Positions 11,736 to 28,337 of a stretch of DNA of 64,000 nt are shown here, one piece after another. A program made the position numbers and the translations under genes. The notes under the pieces were generated by a model, which was given only the letters and a program-made list of their open reading frames with translations, did no database searches and was not told the origin of the DNA. Numbering within the stretch: position 1 is the first letter of the stretch; each line of letters starts with the position of its first letter. This DNA comes from the human T2T-CHM13v2.0 reference genome, Homo sapiens. The stretch is from the NCBI RefSeq assembly GCF_009914755.1, contig NC_060937.1, one strand, 5' to 3'.

Positions 11736-14700
11736 AAATGAAAATGCTTATTGTTGGCTGCAAATAACAGAAACTCTGATTCAATCTTTAAAAATTTAAA
11801 GAACAAAATAGTGTATAATTCTATATAGTATTACATATCAGAGCAACCCAGTTTATCTCTCTGTCTGTTTTTAATTATTTCAAGCTTTTCCCCTATGATG
11901 ATTTCCTTCAATGCTATAACATGTCAGGCAGAGAAGCTGGAACAACATTCTGGGTCCCAGTTTACATGCAGAGGGAGAAAACGAAACTCTTTTCTTCTCA
12001 AATATGAAGTAGGAATCTTTCCCTTCTGTCTGGTTCATTCTTGCTCACCTTGCCCATGCACCCATTGGCTTAACCTGTGTGAAGCTCTGGAGATCAGAAG
12101 CAGGGGACTGAGGAAGTTGCCTTAAATTTGTGCAGTTGTGTGGCATTCAGCAGAGATGGCAATAAAATTAATATCCATTAGAAACAAACTAGAGAAGAGC
12201 AAATGTTAGGCAAACAAAACAGTGCCTACTAGGAAAACAGATATTTCTATTTTATCTCACTGATTTTACTCTATATTGAACATAAATTTAGACTGGAAAA
12301 TATGTACTGATCGAGTAAAGTGTTGCTAATCTATTGAAACTTCCATACAGCTGTATCTCTCCTGTCTTTGTTCTGCATGTTTTTTTTTCTTTAACGGAGT
12401 GATAGGCTGCTATATATAACTATGACAAATGTATATTTATGCATAAAGGATAAATAAAAATATGATTTCTCCTAAATATATTTTGATTAGGAAAAGAGGC
12501 AAAGAAGAACAGACTGGGAAGCTCCAAATGTTTCTTAAGGGGGCTTTATTATAAAGAAAGAGAAGGATGAATATGCAGAATAGGAATTTCTCTCTTTGCT
12601 AATTCTTGCCAGAACTGGCACTTATAGAAAACATATTTATATGTAGAATTAAAGATTCTTTAGCTACCAGTTCTTTCTGATCCCTTTCTAAAGCAACACA
12701 TTTTTGGGGAAAGAGTAACAGCAGGTAAAGTGGTTAAGAATATAGAGACATACATAAATAGAGACATGCAATTTAGAGACACTTTTTATGACTTTATTAC
12801 TATCATTTTCCCTGTTTTGTATTTAAATATGTAAATATGTGTGATTGCAACTCAAATATATTTTATTGGGTAAAATGATGTTTAATTATATGTTGCTGGT
12901 CAGCCTGAGAGTAGATTTAATACATACCTAGGATTTAATTAGAGCATATTTAACTCAAACATTTTCTCACACTTTTTTTCTTTTCGCTTGAAATAATTTT
13001 TGTTCTCTGTTAAATTAAAAAGTATATAACCATAAAGTTGAAAAGAGGGAAAATCATTGTTGTGCTGTATAGGATGGATGTTTAACAGTCCATATTTATT
13101 TTAAAGTTTAATCAAGCATAAAGAATAGAGGCTCTTGAAGTGCTAGATTATTTGAAGTATTTAATCATAAAAATATATTTTAAAATAATAAAGTTAACAA
13201 TGAGGAATTCAAAAATCATCTTTCACCTGTACACATTTTTATATATTATTATTTGTTTAATTTCATTTTTCCAAAAATGTACCTATTGAATTTAGAGTTT
13301 ACATTTATGTTCAGATTCAATTTTTTTTTCTTTCCTAAATGTTAGAGAAACAGATTATATTTTTTGTAGGAATGCTGCTATGAATTGTTGTCTGTTTACA
13401 AATTACGGGGCCTGTATATCCTCTATTTCATCCTTATTTGAGTTTATTGATTACCGTATTGACTTTTTTATTTCCAGCTTGTCTGTTCTTTCACACTACT
13501 TTGCACCATTAGCAGAATACAAAATTTATTTTTTATTGCACTTCTCAATATCCGCTTTTGTTTAGGCTTTGAAATATAGCAAATGCTTGTCATTGAAACA
13601 CTTTAAACTTTATAATGAGATAAATTTCACTGTGCTTTTTCTAAATTGAATGGAATATGAGCCGCTTTCAAAGTAAATAATGATGTGCAAAGTAGCAAAT
13701 AGCGTATTGTTTGTACAGATAAAAACGTATGTATCTATATGATAGTATATAAATAGGAAGACATATTTCATAAAAATTGGAAGGTATGCCTCAAGGTCCT
13801 TTAGACAAGAATAATTTTAATGTTAGAATTTAATCTTCATCAATATCTGCTATGGATGAAAAATTTAAAAAGATATAATATTTTATAATTTAATATGTCA
13901 TTTTTATTTCTGTGTAACACAAAAGGAATTATATAAATTATATTTCCTCCAAAATTATTTCTTTGATATTACACCTTCACAGCAAGGTAGATGACATAAT
14001 TCAATGAGAGGTTTTTTTCTCTTATGACAATATTTATGATTTTAAAAGCCTGAAAGTTGATTCTAAATTGTCAGAGCTTCTCACATAAGATTGTCATATA
14101 TTTTCATATGTTAGGCTATATGTAGCCACTATTATAAAACAAAATATGTGTGTGAATTATACACATGGATCATATATCATGACCTATTCATACAGTCTTG
14201 TCAAAAAGGTAAAACTAACCAAGACCATTTTTTTCACTTTAGATACATATTTCTACACAGAGAAAGTTTATAAAGCTATGTCTTTGAAAGCGATTGGCCT
14301 CCTCTAAGTATGCTCAACAATATGTTTCAAAGTGGCAACCAGACCTTCAGAACTAAATATTAATGAATGGCAATACATAAACTATATGTGGATAAGAATT
14401 GCTTAATTTGCCTTGATTTTTGTTTTGTGTTACATTTCTAGTTTCTAAAACTAATACTTGAACATGGTCTGTTCAGATCAATTTGTGTTTCACTAAATAA
14501 TTAAATACAAAAATTAATTGGTGATTAATCTATGCTCTTCAGCCCAAAGTTGCTTCTTCTTTATGCACTGAAGAAAAATTTTAAGAGAGTTTTTAGGTAT
14601 TTTCCTCGCAATGGTCCCTAATGTTATAAAGCCAGTGGCATGCTTTGTCTTAAGGACAGGATGAATACATTTAGGATTTAAAAGCCAGTGAATTATCTTT

Positions 14701-15834
14701 ATAGTTTATTTTGATACCCACTATAGGGATAATAGTTTTGAAGGCAAAGTTTAATGTTGCATAATCCAAATATGTTTGGTTTATGTACATATTTGAAAAT
14801 GCAGTTTCTATATAAGAAAACTGAGATTGATAAGAGTAAAAACTTGAAAAATAGGCTTAATAATGGGGGTCCAATACCTTAAACTATACCTACTAAATAT
14901 TAAACCATGAGGGACCAGGTGCCATAGACAAAGGATAGAAAATTATGCAAATTTATTTTAGAGTTAATCCCTTCCCAAATTCTAAGAGCTGGCAGGAGGA
15001 TAATCTAAGGAGTCTACACTAGCTGGATTATTGAGAAGTGGTCTAATGTCTCAACCTTTGGGCCAAATCCCCAAGTCACTGGTGGAAAGGAAGAACATTT
15101 AGCATTTAAGAGCTAGAGGTATACATAATACCTAGAGAAGTCCTGCATATAACATATTGTCTGAGACGGAGAATAAAACTATAAGCAAAATTGCAAACAT
15201 AGATTGCATCCCCTGCCCCAGGGCAGTCTGCAGAGTCCAGCACACTCCAGTATAGTAGAGGAGGTTTCTCTAAACCTTTGGATGTCCTCTAAAGAAATGA
15301 AAGTACAAGTTAGATTAAATAGAGCCCCTAAGGTATTCCGGAATAGGAACAAGGCAGTAATAGAGTACTGTAGTTGGCTGCCTGAGGACATAGCATATCC
15401 GAGGTGTCAATAATGAGTGAGGTACACAGCTTTGAAGAGTAAAGTGTAAATAATCCCACGCAGAGGTCAGTATAGGCAGAGAATAATTACAAGACTACTC
15501 ACTTCTTTCCATCTTGCCGTAAATAAGACATGTAAACTCACAAACCCCAGGGAGAAATACAAGATAAGTAAGGTGAAGGGAGAGAAACATAAAAACAACG
15601 AATTAAACAAGTGGTTATGACTAAAAGAACTCAGTTCCAAATGAAATAACATCAAGTTTATATTTCCTTAATGGGCAATAGTAATTATTTTGCAATCAGT
15701 AACAACCAGATCTCAAGATTTATACTTAAAGTGATACAAAGATAGATACTTCTTAACACACCTGATTCAGTAAGTGTAAAGTTTCACACTCATTAAATTT
15801 GTAATATGTTGTTAAAAACTCCGTGAGTCCATAT

Positions 15835-16040
15835 TCCAGTCAAAACTATTCCCTAGTTGCATTTAAGAATATATCAGGATCATCTGGAAAGGTTAAAGCC
15901 CAGATTGCTGAGCTTGCAAAGTTTCTGATTCAGTAGGCCTGAGGTGGAGACTGAGAATTTGCATTTTTAACAAGTTTAACATTTTAAACATATTTCCAGG
16001 TGATACTGTTGCTGCTGGTTTAGAACTTCCTCATAAGCAA
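15835..16040. mobile_element. MER5A (hAT-Charlie MITE)
   Basis: 'cagattgctg...gtttctgattcagtaggcctgaggtggagactgagaatttgcatttttaacaag...ccaggtgatactg'. Confidence 0.8.
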
Positions 16041-17642
16041 TGATTGCCTGATCGTATATAACCATAATATATGCTTTTTGGGTCAGCCGAACTCTGGTTT
16101 TATTGTTGTGTCCACAATTTTGTATACCTTGATTCGTAATCCAACACGAAAGAAATAAATGAGCTTTTAAAATGGACTAGTACCACGTTTATATTTGAAA
16201 TTGCATTATTGGTTGGCAGTTCAATTAAAGCACAATGTGTGAGACCAGTAAAATCTGGTCTTCCATACGAAACTGTACTTTCTTAAACTATATATAAGCA
16301 TTGTGACTCACCCTCCTCAAGTGGAATGACCATGCCTCATAGTTTTAAAGATTATAGCAAAACAAGTATTATTGAAAAGTACAACTTAGTGATCTAAAGG
16401 CTGCATGATTTTTTCAATATATTTTCTAATTTCTTTGAAATCAAAAATAAACTGTAACATTGTTGAAATCATTGGATGTTATTTGCATCTGGAATAGAAA
16501 AGAGAATATAGCATGGGTATAGCATAATTTACTCTCATCTTAGGTAATATGGTATAATTGATGCTAATAAAAGCAAATGTCTGAAGACCATTTGATAGAT
16601 TTAGAAAGGTGGCATGCTATTTTAACTGTGAATAGGCACTGAGTAAACTCAGATACTGAGGTGAGTGGCAGAAATATCAGGCTACCATTTTTATCTCAAA
16701 TAAATTGCTTTCATCTCAAACCCTGCCCGAATTTATGGCCCATAGAATCTTTGAAAATAATTAAATGGTTTCAGTTTAACCATTAAGTTTGAAGTTGTTT
16801 ATTGTACAACAATATTAACTTGAATATCCACATATTCTAAAATTCTCTTTTTACAGGTAAATTTCTAACAGTTTGCTATTAGCAGCCCATCTTGTTCTTG
16901 CTATGTTCTTCTGATTTTCAAACTTTGTATTCTAAATACCAATTAAGCACTGGATGCATTAACAAAAATAAGAGAGAAGCTCTTTCCTCATGTCATATTT
17001 GAAAAATAGTCAATGAAGCAAATACAAAAATATATTTGTTTAGGTCAATTTTAGAAATAAACAAAGGTATTTGGAAAAAAATTTGGAATTACAATTAATA
17101 CTCAGCAGAATCATACAAGGATTGAAAACACACCTATCACTGCCTAAATGTTGAGTTAGAGAAAGTAAACCTACTATATTAGTGTGGTGTTAGGTATTTT
17201 GGAGTTAGAACATTCAAATTACAGAGAGTAGCATAAAGGCATAAGTTTATAAAGGAAATTACAAGCAGATTGATTTTAGAGTTATGAGTTGTGTTAGAGT
17301 TATAATTCATAAAGAGTGATACAAAAAAATATCAGAATAGAAAAAGAGATGTGAGGGAGAGGAAAAGACTAGATCATGGATACCATGGAATATTGGATTT
17401 CCTTTTATAAATAATGGAGTCCCAGATAAGTGTACAGTAATAAATCAGTTCTTTGGAAATTATTGGTAATAGATAATCAGTGTTTTTCCTCCCAACTTAA
17501 TTAGGATAAATACTTTTATAAAATGCAAGTGAAATTACTAGCAAAATGAAAGTATATTGGTACATACAATAAAAGCCCTTAATTTTTACTAGATCAAACA
17601 GACAAAAAACGGTTTCATCAAATTGTTATAAAATTTCAAACT

Positions 17643-18348
<706 letters not shown>

Positions 18349-19666
18349 ATCTTTGACAAACCTGACAAAAACAAGCAATGGGGAAAGGATTCCCTATTTA
18401 ATAAATGGTGCTGGGAAAACTGGCTAGCCATATGTAGAAAGCTGAAACTGGATCCCTTCCTTACACCTTATACAAAAATTAATTCAAGGTGGATTAAAGA
18501 CTTAAATGTTAGACCTAAAACCATAAAAACCCTAGAAGAAAACCTAGGCAATATCATTCAGGCCATAGGCATGGGCAAGGACTTCATGACTAAAACACCA
18601 AAAGCAATGGCAACAAAAGCCAAAATTGACAAATGGGATCTAATTAAACTAAATAGCTAATTAAACTCTAATTAAATTAAAGAGCTTCTGCACAGCAAAA
18701 GAAACTACCATCAGAGTGAACAGGCAACCTACAGAATGGGAGATAATTTTTACAATCTACCTATCTGACAAAGGGCTAATATCCAGAATCTACAATGAAC
18801 TTAAACAAATTTACAAGAAAAAATCAAACAACCCCATCAAAAAGTGGTGAAAGGATACGAACAGACACTTCTCAAAAGAAGACATTTATGCAGCCAACAG
18901 ACACATGAAAAAATGCTCATCATCACTCGTCATCAGAGAAATGCAAATCAAAACCACAATGAGATACTATCTCACACCAGTTAGAATGGCAATCATTAAA
19001 AAGTCAGGAAACAGCAGGTGCTGGAGAGGATGTGGAGAAATAGGAACACTTTTATACTGTTGGTGGGACTGTAAACTAGTTCAACCATTGTGGAAGACAG
19101 TGTGGCCAGTCCTCAAAGATCTAGAACTAGAAATACCATTTGAACCAGCCATCCCATTACTGGGTATATACCCAAAGGACAAACCATGCTGCTATAAAGA
19201 CACATGCACATGTATGTTTATTGCAACACTATTCACAATAGCAAAGACTTGGAACCAACCCAAATGTCCATCAATGATGGACTGGATTAAGAAAATGTGG
19301 CACATATACACCATGGAATACTATGCAGCCATAAAAATGATGAGTTCATGTCCTTTGTAGGGACATAGATGAAGCTGGAAATCATCATTCTCAGCAAACT
19401 ATCACAAGGACAAAATACCAAACACCACGTGTTCTCACTCATAGGTGGGAATTGAACAATGAGAACACTTGGACACAGGGTGGGGAACATCACACATGGG
19501 GGCCTGTCATAGGGTGGGGAGAGGGGGGAGGGATAGCATTAGGAGATATACCTAATGTAAATGATGAGTTAACGGGTACAGCACACCAACATGGCACATG
19601 TATACATATGTAACAAAACTGCAAGTTGTGCACATGTACCCTAGAACTTAAAGTATAATAAAAAAA
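18349..19666 (+). mobile_element. L1PA (L1PA4/5-like) 3' segment: ORF2 C-terminus, 3' UTR and short A tail
   Basis: ORF 18905..19360 '[18 protein letters not shown]...[24 protein letters not shown]'; G-rich 3' UTR ending 'ctagaacttaaagtataataaaaaaa'. Confidence 0.97.
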
Positions 19667-21299
19667 TTGAAAATTCATATCTTCTTTTTTATTGATGCAT
19701 AAGTACATTCATAATTTCAACTTAAGCATTTGTTGTAGACCTGTAACAGTTTCCGGACTGGCATTAGTCTGCGGGCCACACTTTGACTAGTGATAACGTA
19801 AGGGGCCTAAAGAAGAGGGGGTGAATAACTGAGATGCTGTTGTAATTGACCAGTTGAGAAAGACAGATGTATTACTCTATTTCATGATAACTAGAAATGA
19901 AAAGGTGTCGGATGATACCAGAATTGTTAAGGAGTTAACATTATGCTCTTGTTTTAGGTACTCTCTAGCTAAATCAAGGATGACCCTTAACTGAGTATCA
20001 GACAATTGGATGAAAGTTGTCACTGTAGCTAGTTTTTGATAGGGAATATTCAAAGACATTATGGCAGAAATTTAAGTTTTAGAGTCAGTATATTATAGAA
20101 GGGAAGGGCAGAACTCTGAAACCACTGCTGGTTTCATACATGAGTCACTGTTCATGTGACCTCAGGCAAAATCATTGTCTCTCCATATTCAGCACTTATT
20201 CCATAAAATAGAAATAATAAAAATCATAAATGCTTAATTTTCCAACTGACTGCTTGACAGCTTCACCTGCAAGCTCTAACATCAAACTCAAAATATAAAT
20301 CAAATTATACATATGTATATATAAAAATCAAGATCTACTTTCTAAACAACTACTTTTATAAATGACACTACAATAACCTAAAATAAAAAACTAAGCTCCA
20401 ATTTTAGTCTTTGTCTATAATATACATTTAATGAATAATTATATATATTATATCACTAAATAAAATTTTTCTATCTATGTCTATTTCTGAAGACTTTGCT
20501 CTAATTCATGCATTCTCACTTGTCTGTTGTAATGGTTTTCTAATATATAGGCAATATATTCTGCCTCAATGTCTAAAAAAATTCAGCAATTCATTAATTA
20601 GTTAATATAGTTAATAAGGCAATGCAATAGGATTTATGAAGAAATACAGTTAAAAACTGTTCTTCAAATAATTCAAATATTTAATAGATATGATAAAACC
20701 AACCAGAAAAATAAGTCAATCAATTACTTTGGAAAAGTCAAGCAATTATTGACCTGTGGCTACAGCTCTGGAATCCAGGAATAGAACATTCTAAAATAAA
20801 GGCTTCATACATCTTGCATTGTCTCCTTATTCCTCAATTCCCCCCACATAGTGACCCAGTAAGGGCCAGATGTTTATCTGAACATGCAGTAAATTTTGCG
20901 TCGTAGGAGAGAAACCTCAAAATTATAAGACTCAAAGCTTCAATATGGTGGCAGGCACATCTGCCCATTAACATCTCTGGAGCAAATCCTCTCCAAGGAA
21001 GAGAAGGAAAGTGCTCTAGGTTGTTAAAACCCTGGAATAAAAGCAAATACTTCTGGATTAGGGAGAAAGTATTTTAAGGTTATTATCCTTACAATGTATG
21101 CAAATGACTCCAGGGGAATCCTTTCTAAATATCCCCAAAGGATTATCTCTAATTTCCAAGGAACATTTGTTATTCGATAATGCATTCTGAACCAGGAAGG
21201 AATGTGAAAAATTTACAGAACACTGTCTCTCAATGGGGTTAATAACAATAGTATTATGATTACATAATGCACATGTTATTTGGTACACAAATAACCAAG

Positions 21300-21490
21300 G
21301 TGCTTAATAATGTGATAAACATTCTACTTCAAATACATATTTCACTTATTTTCATAACAATCTTATAAAGAAAGCATTATTGTTCTTTCCTTATACCCAA
21401 AGTTAAACTGAGACTAACAAAAATTGAACAATTCTTCAAAGTCATACATTAGTAAGCCATAAATCCAAGGTGCAATGTCATTTTTATCAA
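21300..21490 (-). mobile_element. MIR SINE
   Basis: 'ttcacttattttcataacaatcttataaag...aaactgagact...caaagtcatacattagtaag'. Confidence 0.55.
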
Positions 21491-21616
21491 CATCAAAACC
21501 TATGTTGTTAAAAATATTATATTACCATTGCAGTCTAGGGGGACCATTTATGGTGCATCTTTTGGGATTCTGCAGTGAAAATGGGCTGTTAGGAAAAACA
21601 AGATAATAATTAATAA

Positions 21617-21970
<354 letters not shown>

Positions 21971-23421
21971 GAGAAACAATATTTTAATCAGGATAACATC
22001 CTTTCGTTTAAACAGATTTATTTAAATTACATGACATTGATTTCCTGCTTAGCAACTGATCAAATTTTATAATTCAAATTATATATTATGTAAATTTACA
22101 TTATACCCAGCAAGTTGAAAACTAGGATGTTACCTCAATGTTTTAGCTATTATTTTGTCTTCAATGACTTTTCTTTCAAGGCATATCAAAGGGTACTATC
22201 TGAATAAGACAGAGCATATCTCTGTATTATTTTCTAAATGTCAGCTGTGTTATATTTGAGATGTCACCTGCTGCTGCTATGGAGTTTCTTTTTAACCATG
22301 AACCCTCATTTCTTATACATCTCATACACTTATAGCATTAAGGTAAGTACTGAGTAAGAATCATTCAAAATATGATGGGCATCAGGCAAGAGTTATCAAA
22401 TGCTTGAAAATCCATTTTCATAAAATGATGCCAATCATTGTCAAAAATGATTGCATTAAAATAACAAGTGAAGGTTTGCCATAAGTTTGTACAGGAAGTA
22501 AATTTCGATGGTTTTATCTTTGATTTCAAAATATTATATTCCATGGTTTATCTTAAATTATTAGAAATATTTTTTAATCCCAAACTGGTATTGTCTACCC
22601 TGTGCATATAAAATTAAAATAGGAGAAAACAAAAGTGAAGTTTTTTTTTTTAATTACCAAACAAACTCACTATTTCACAATCAAAGTCATACATTTTGGG
22701 ACATGAATTGCACAGTGTTAATTCACGCTCAGGTGCATTGATGGCTCAGAGCCTTCAGCTTCATGCTCAGCAGCACACTAGGTGTGAAATATTACGACAC
22801 AATTCACAACCTGTCATGTCTTATGGCTTAATTAGGGATGTTTATGATCTTGTTATTCATACTGTATCAGTAACAGATGACTAAAAAAAGAGACAAGGGA
22901 CAATTACATGCAGAATAGCGTCATCATCATCACATAAACTGAGAGCTCGAACTGTGGCTTAATTCAGTCTGAAATGGTAACTGAAAAAATAATGAAAATA
23001 AGTATCAAAGGAGAGTAACACAGCACAAATCCAGCATCCAATAATGGGATCCAAGAATATACGTATATATTGCTTCACAGTTCATTTCCTGGGCACTGCA
23101 TTTGTAGGTATTTATTTAGGTTGGAAAAAGATTAGATTAAATCCCACAAAAAAAGTCTATATGTTGTTGTAAGGAGAAAATCATTGTTACATCAACACAT
23201 TAGAGGATTATAAACTCAATACATATACTTACAAATTTTTTTATTATCTTCTCTGATTATACTAATAAATCTATACTTAATATTATGTACATAACATCAA
23301 GATCATCTAATTCTAATAATTTGTTATCATAATTATCTAGGTCAGACATTTAATATTAGCATTAATATTCATTAATATTAGTGATAGTAATTCATTTTAG
23401 CACATAAACATATATTTTTAA

Positions 23422-23998
23422 AGTATTGTCGATCCATTTTCTACTCTGCATGACAAGTCATCACAAATTTAGGGACTTAAAACAACACATGTCATTATCT
23501 CACAGTTTCTATGATCAGAGGTCTAGGCACAACTTGGTCGTGTCTTCTGCTAAAAGTATCCTGAGGCAGCAATCAATGTATCTGCTAGACTGCGTTTTCA
23601 TCCGGGGTCTCAACTAGAGAAAATTTCATTGTTATGTTAACTCAGATTGTTGCAAAATGTCATTTTTTTGAGTCTACATTACCAAGATCCCAGCCATTTA
23701 TTGGATTTTGGCTGGATGTGACTCTCAGCCTTTAAAGGAGTTCCAAGTACACACTCTATAGGCAGTTTATAACGGGGTCTTCACTTCCTCAAGGCTAGCA
23801 GAAGTTCTCATAGTACTTATCTAAGACCTACTTTCATATAATATAACCTAATCAAGAGTTTGACATTTGTTACTTTTTCCATATTCTATTGGTTAGAAAC
23901 TTGTCACAGGTTTCACCATCACTTAAGGGGGAAGGATTATCAAAAGGCATGGACATCAAAAGAAAAAAATGCTGGGGACATCAGTCATCTGTTCCACC
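23422..23998 (-). mobile_element. MLT1 (F/G-type) MaLR LTR
   Basis: 'tcacaaatttagggacttaaaacaacac...ttatctcacagtttctatg...catattctattggttagaa...aggcatggacatca'. Confidence 0.7.
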
Positions 23999-24431
23999 CA
24001 TTGCCTCATTTTAATTTTTCCAAAACCTTACAAAATGAACACTATTATTTCACTTTTGCAGGTAAGAAAATTCAAGTTCAGAGAGATTTAGTTACTTTAC
24101 CCTGTTCGCACAATTTGTATATTTCATAACTAGTATTATTATCCAAAAGTATTTTCTTCAAAAGTCAATGTTCATTTCAACATACAGCTGACTTGACATG
24201 AGTATCCACATCTTGGAGGAGCTTGAAAATACCTAAATGTTTCTAAAATCAAATAAACTATCATCTACCTACATTAACTTTTTATTTATACATTTATTTT
24301 TTAAATGGTATATAGAAAAGCTAGAAAATAGGTTCAAGACTTGTTCTAGACAGTCTAATGAGGAAAGTGTTTTGAATTAAAGTTCATTTCACAAACATAA
24401 ATAACCACAGAAAAAGGAAATTAAAACTTTT

Positions 24432-24783
24432 GAGCCAGTGTGGTGGCTCATGCCTATAATCCCAGCACTTTGGGAGGCTGAAGTGGAAAGATAGCTTCAG
24501 CCCAGGATTTCAAGACCAGCCTGGGCAACATAGTGAAACCCCATGTCTACAAAAAATCTCAAATAAAAATTAAAGAAAATTAGCTGGGTGTAATGGCACA
24601 TACCTGTAGTCCCAGCTACTCAGGAGACTGTAGTGGAAGGATCACTCGAACCTAGGAGGTTGAAGCTGCAGTGAACTGTAATCAAGCCAATGCACTCATG
24701 CCTGGGTGACAGAGTGAGACGCTGTCTTTAAAAAAATACAAAACAAACAAACAAATGAAAAAACAGAAACCAACCAAACAAAA
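24432..24783 (+). mobile_element. AluJ
   Basis: Diverged dimer with AluJ diagnostics and an A/C-rich tail. Confidence 0.93.
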
Positions 24784-24869
24784 TAACTGCTTATAGATCT
24801 TCCTTAATGTGTAAAACAACTTTGGTATGACTTCCCAAAGTTCAAGTGAGCTTGGTTGTTGCAAAGAGA

Positions 24870-25040
24870 TAGCTATCATTTACTGGGTTCTTGCTCTTTT
24901 TATGAGACTAAGTTAAATTATTTAGATGAATAAGCTCATTTATTTTTTAAAAATATCACTTCAATTTTATAGAAAAGGAAACTAAAACTTAGAAATAAAG
25001 AGACTTGGCAAAGGTCACATAGCTAGTAAGTAGGAACGCT
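24870..25040 (-). mobile_element. MIR SINE
   Basis: 'attttatagaaaaggaaactaaaacttagaaa...gacttggcaaaggtcacatagctagtaagtagg'. Confidence 0.7.
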
Positions 25041-25627
25041 TTGTTCAGTCCCACCAACTCTGGATGTCTTACTGAGGAATCCTGGGCTCATGGAAGGAGA
25101 GCAGGGTAAGATATTAGTGTTTAAACATTTGATACAGTACGTTATGATTCCTACAAAGCTTGCAGGACTGAGTGGGGAAGAAAATATATAATAATAAATG
25201 ACTCTAACTAGATGGTGAGATACTTGCCACTGTAAAACTTGGGGTCTAATCTGCAGTTTTTGCTGCTATGATTGTCTGCTGCCTGAGTTGGCTCCATCTT
25301 TACTGGGAGGCATGCTGATTTCCAGAAGCGAAGCTGGTGTATGGCAACGTTTTACTCTGAGAAGGCTGGAGTGAGGAAAGCTTTCTAGGCCAGAGATATT
25401 CTAGAAAAGTGGGAATCGAAACACCAGCAGAATCACCAAAGACTTCTACACTTACGACCATTCTCAGGACATATTTTTCAGATGTGGGACATAACATAGG
25501 ATGAAAAAATGCCAAAACCACAACTATAATCAATATCCTAACTGACCTGAATAGACTGAAGACTCTGGATACACAGATGAAGAGTAGAAGCTGAACACCA
25601 TAGAGAGGCTATTAGTCAAGACATATT

Positions 25628-25754
25628 GCCAGGTTTGGTGGCTCGTGCCTGTAATCCCAGGAGTAATACTCAGGAGGCTGAGGTGGAAGGATAACTTGAG
25701 TCCAGGAGTTTGAGACTAGCCTGGGCAACATAGGAAGACCCTGTCTCCAAAAAA
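25628..25754 (+). mobile_element. Alu monomer (FLAM-like)
   Basis: Single ~125-bp arm ending in a short A run. Confidence 0.85.
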
Positions 25755-26107
25755 GTTATTTTTTAAGAAAACAAAAAAATATGGATTACTCTGAACATGT
25801 GAATTGTACACATTCACATGGTCAGAAACACTGACTAATCTTGCACACTGACACACTAACTTATGTAAACAAACTGGTATGTTTAATATGTGAACTAATT
25901 CCTAAACATAAATCACTTCAAACCCAATGACCCTTCCCCAGTACCAGAGGAGCTTCTGATAACTCTGCCTCAGCTATATGGGGAGCTCGCTAGGTAGAAC
26001 TAATGCAAAATCCCCAGCTAACCATTGTTTTAAGTGAAGACAATATATACTCCAACTTAATTAAGTAAATTAAAATACGTCTAGGGAAACAGAAGAGTGT
26101 TTTATTC

Positions 26108-26795
<688 letters not shown>

Positions 26796-28337
26796 AGTAC
26801 GAGTTTAAGATCTCTCTGATTGCTCTAACTGCATTCCTTTCATTTTTCACATTGTTTTGAGTATAATTTGACCTGCTAGTTAAATGCTGGGAAAACTATC
26901 ATCTTCTTATTTCTAGCTAAAGGCTGAAGGGTAACAAGTGGTTCAGGCCATGACGGAGCCCAGTTGAAGGCATCTCCAAATCCTAAATTAATAGAGAGAT
27001 TCACAGGCTTCAGTCAGAATTATTCTTGACTCTCAGGCTCATAATACCAGCCATAAAACTAGCTTACAATATAAACATTAACATATTCTAAAAGATCAAC
27101 CTCATATGACAAGTTCTCTTGCCAGAATGAACCAATAATAAAATTAATATTAATTACAAATTAACATAAAAAAGAAAAATAACCTTAACATTCCACATAT
27201 TTGAAAACCAAACCTTCATAGCAAGATACACTTTAGATTAAGCATACAGTGTAGGACTATTTCTACATACAGATAACAGAATGGCATCAAAAATGACACT
27301 GGTCAAAATTTTTGTGAGGCACAGAAAATGAAATATTTATAAAGAGATGCACAGCTTAAAAAAATGAGAATAGTTGACAGAGATAAAAAATAGGAAGTAA
27401 CTATTTTGTTCTTTTCAAAGAAAAAGAAGTAATGAAAGAATTAAGGGCACAACTCAATAAAACAGAAAAAATAACTAATTTATAGATAAATTTAACAATA
27501 ACAGTTTACATTGTTTAAGCACAATTTAAAGTATGATTCTATGAAAAGATGAACAGGATAGATACACCTATAGTAAAACTAGTCAGGAGCATTGTCAGGG
27601 GAAGGGATAAGAGAAAAATTTCAAATAAAAATGAAGAATAAAAGTGATTAGATATAAAATAAATTTTAAACACTTTAAGAGGATCTTTAGTAATATTTAT
27701 AATTAAGCATTTTTGTGTGCAGCATATTGTTGGACCTCCCATTTTTCACCTAATCTGAAAATATTTGTATTTGAGTGTTTCAATCACTAACATTTAATTT
27801 TAAATTGTACGGCTATGTTTATCATCTTGCTATCTGTTTACCATTTTTATTTCACTTTTTATTTTTCTGTACTTTCTATTTTGATATGGTTATTGCCTAC
27901 TAGACTATCTTGTTAAATGGCTATTGAAGCCTTGTATTCATTATTAAAATTGTTTTATTCTATATTTTAACTTGTGTATTCTTAAAAGCTTTTTGTTATA
28001 TTTTATGCATATGAGTGCCTAGTTTTTGGTTGCAAATGGCTTCTCTCACTCGTTGACTCATCTCTTTGCTCTCTTGTATGTCTTCTCAAAAATAGCTCCT
28101 ATTTTCATGAAGCTGAATTTATCTATTTTATTTGTAGTTAGTATTTCGAGTATATGCATGTCTTGTTTTTGAAATATTTGCATATGTAAGAATCATTATA
28201 TGTCATGTTATATTTTATATTTAAGGAGCAAAACATTTATTGTGCTATTGTAGGTATTTATTTTTTAAGGTAAAGTAGCACATAAGAGACATCATCTCAA
28301 AAATTAGTCTCAATTGACAATTAATTGGCTATGTTTG

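Noticed and set aside
18905-19360. 151-aa ORF
   Set aside because: C-terminal fragment of L1 ORF2 in a truncated, inverted element
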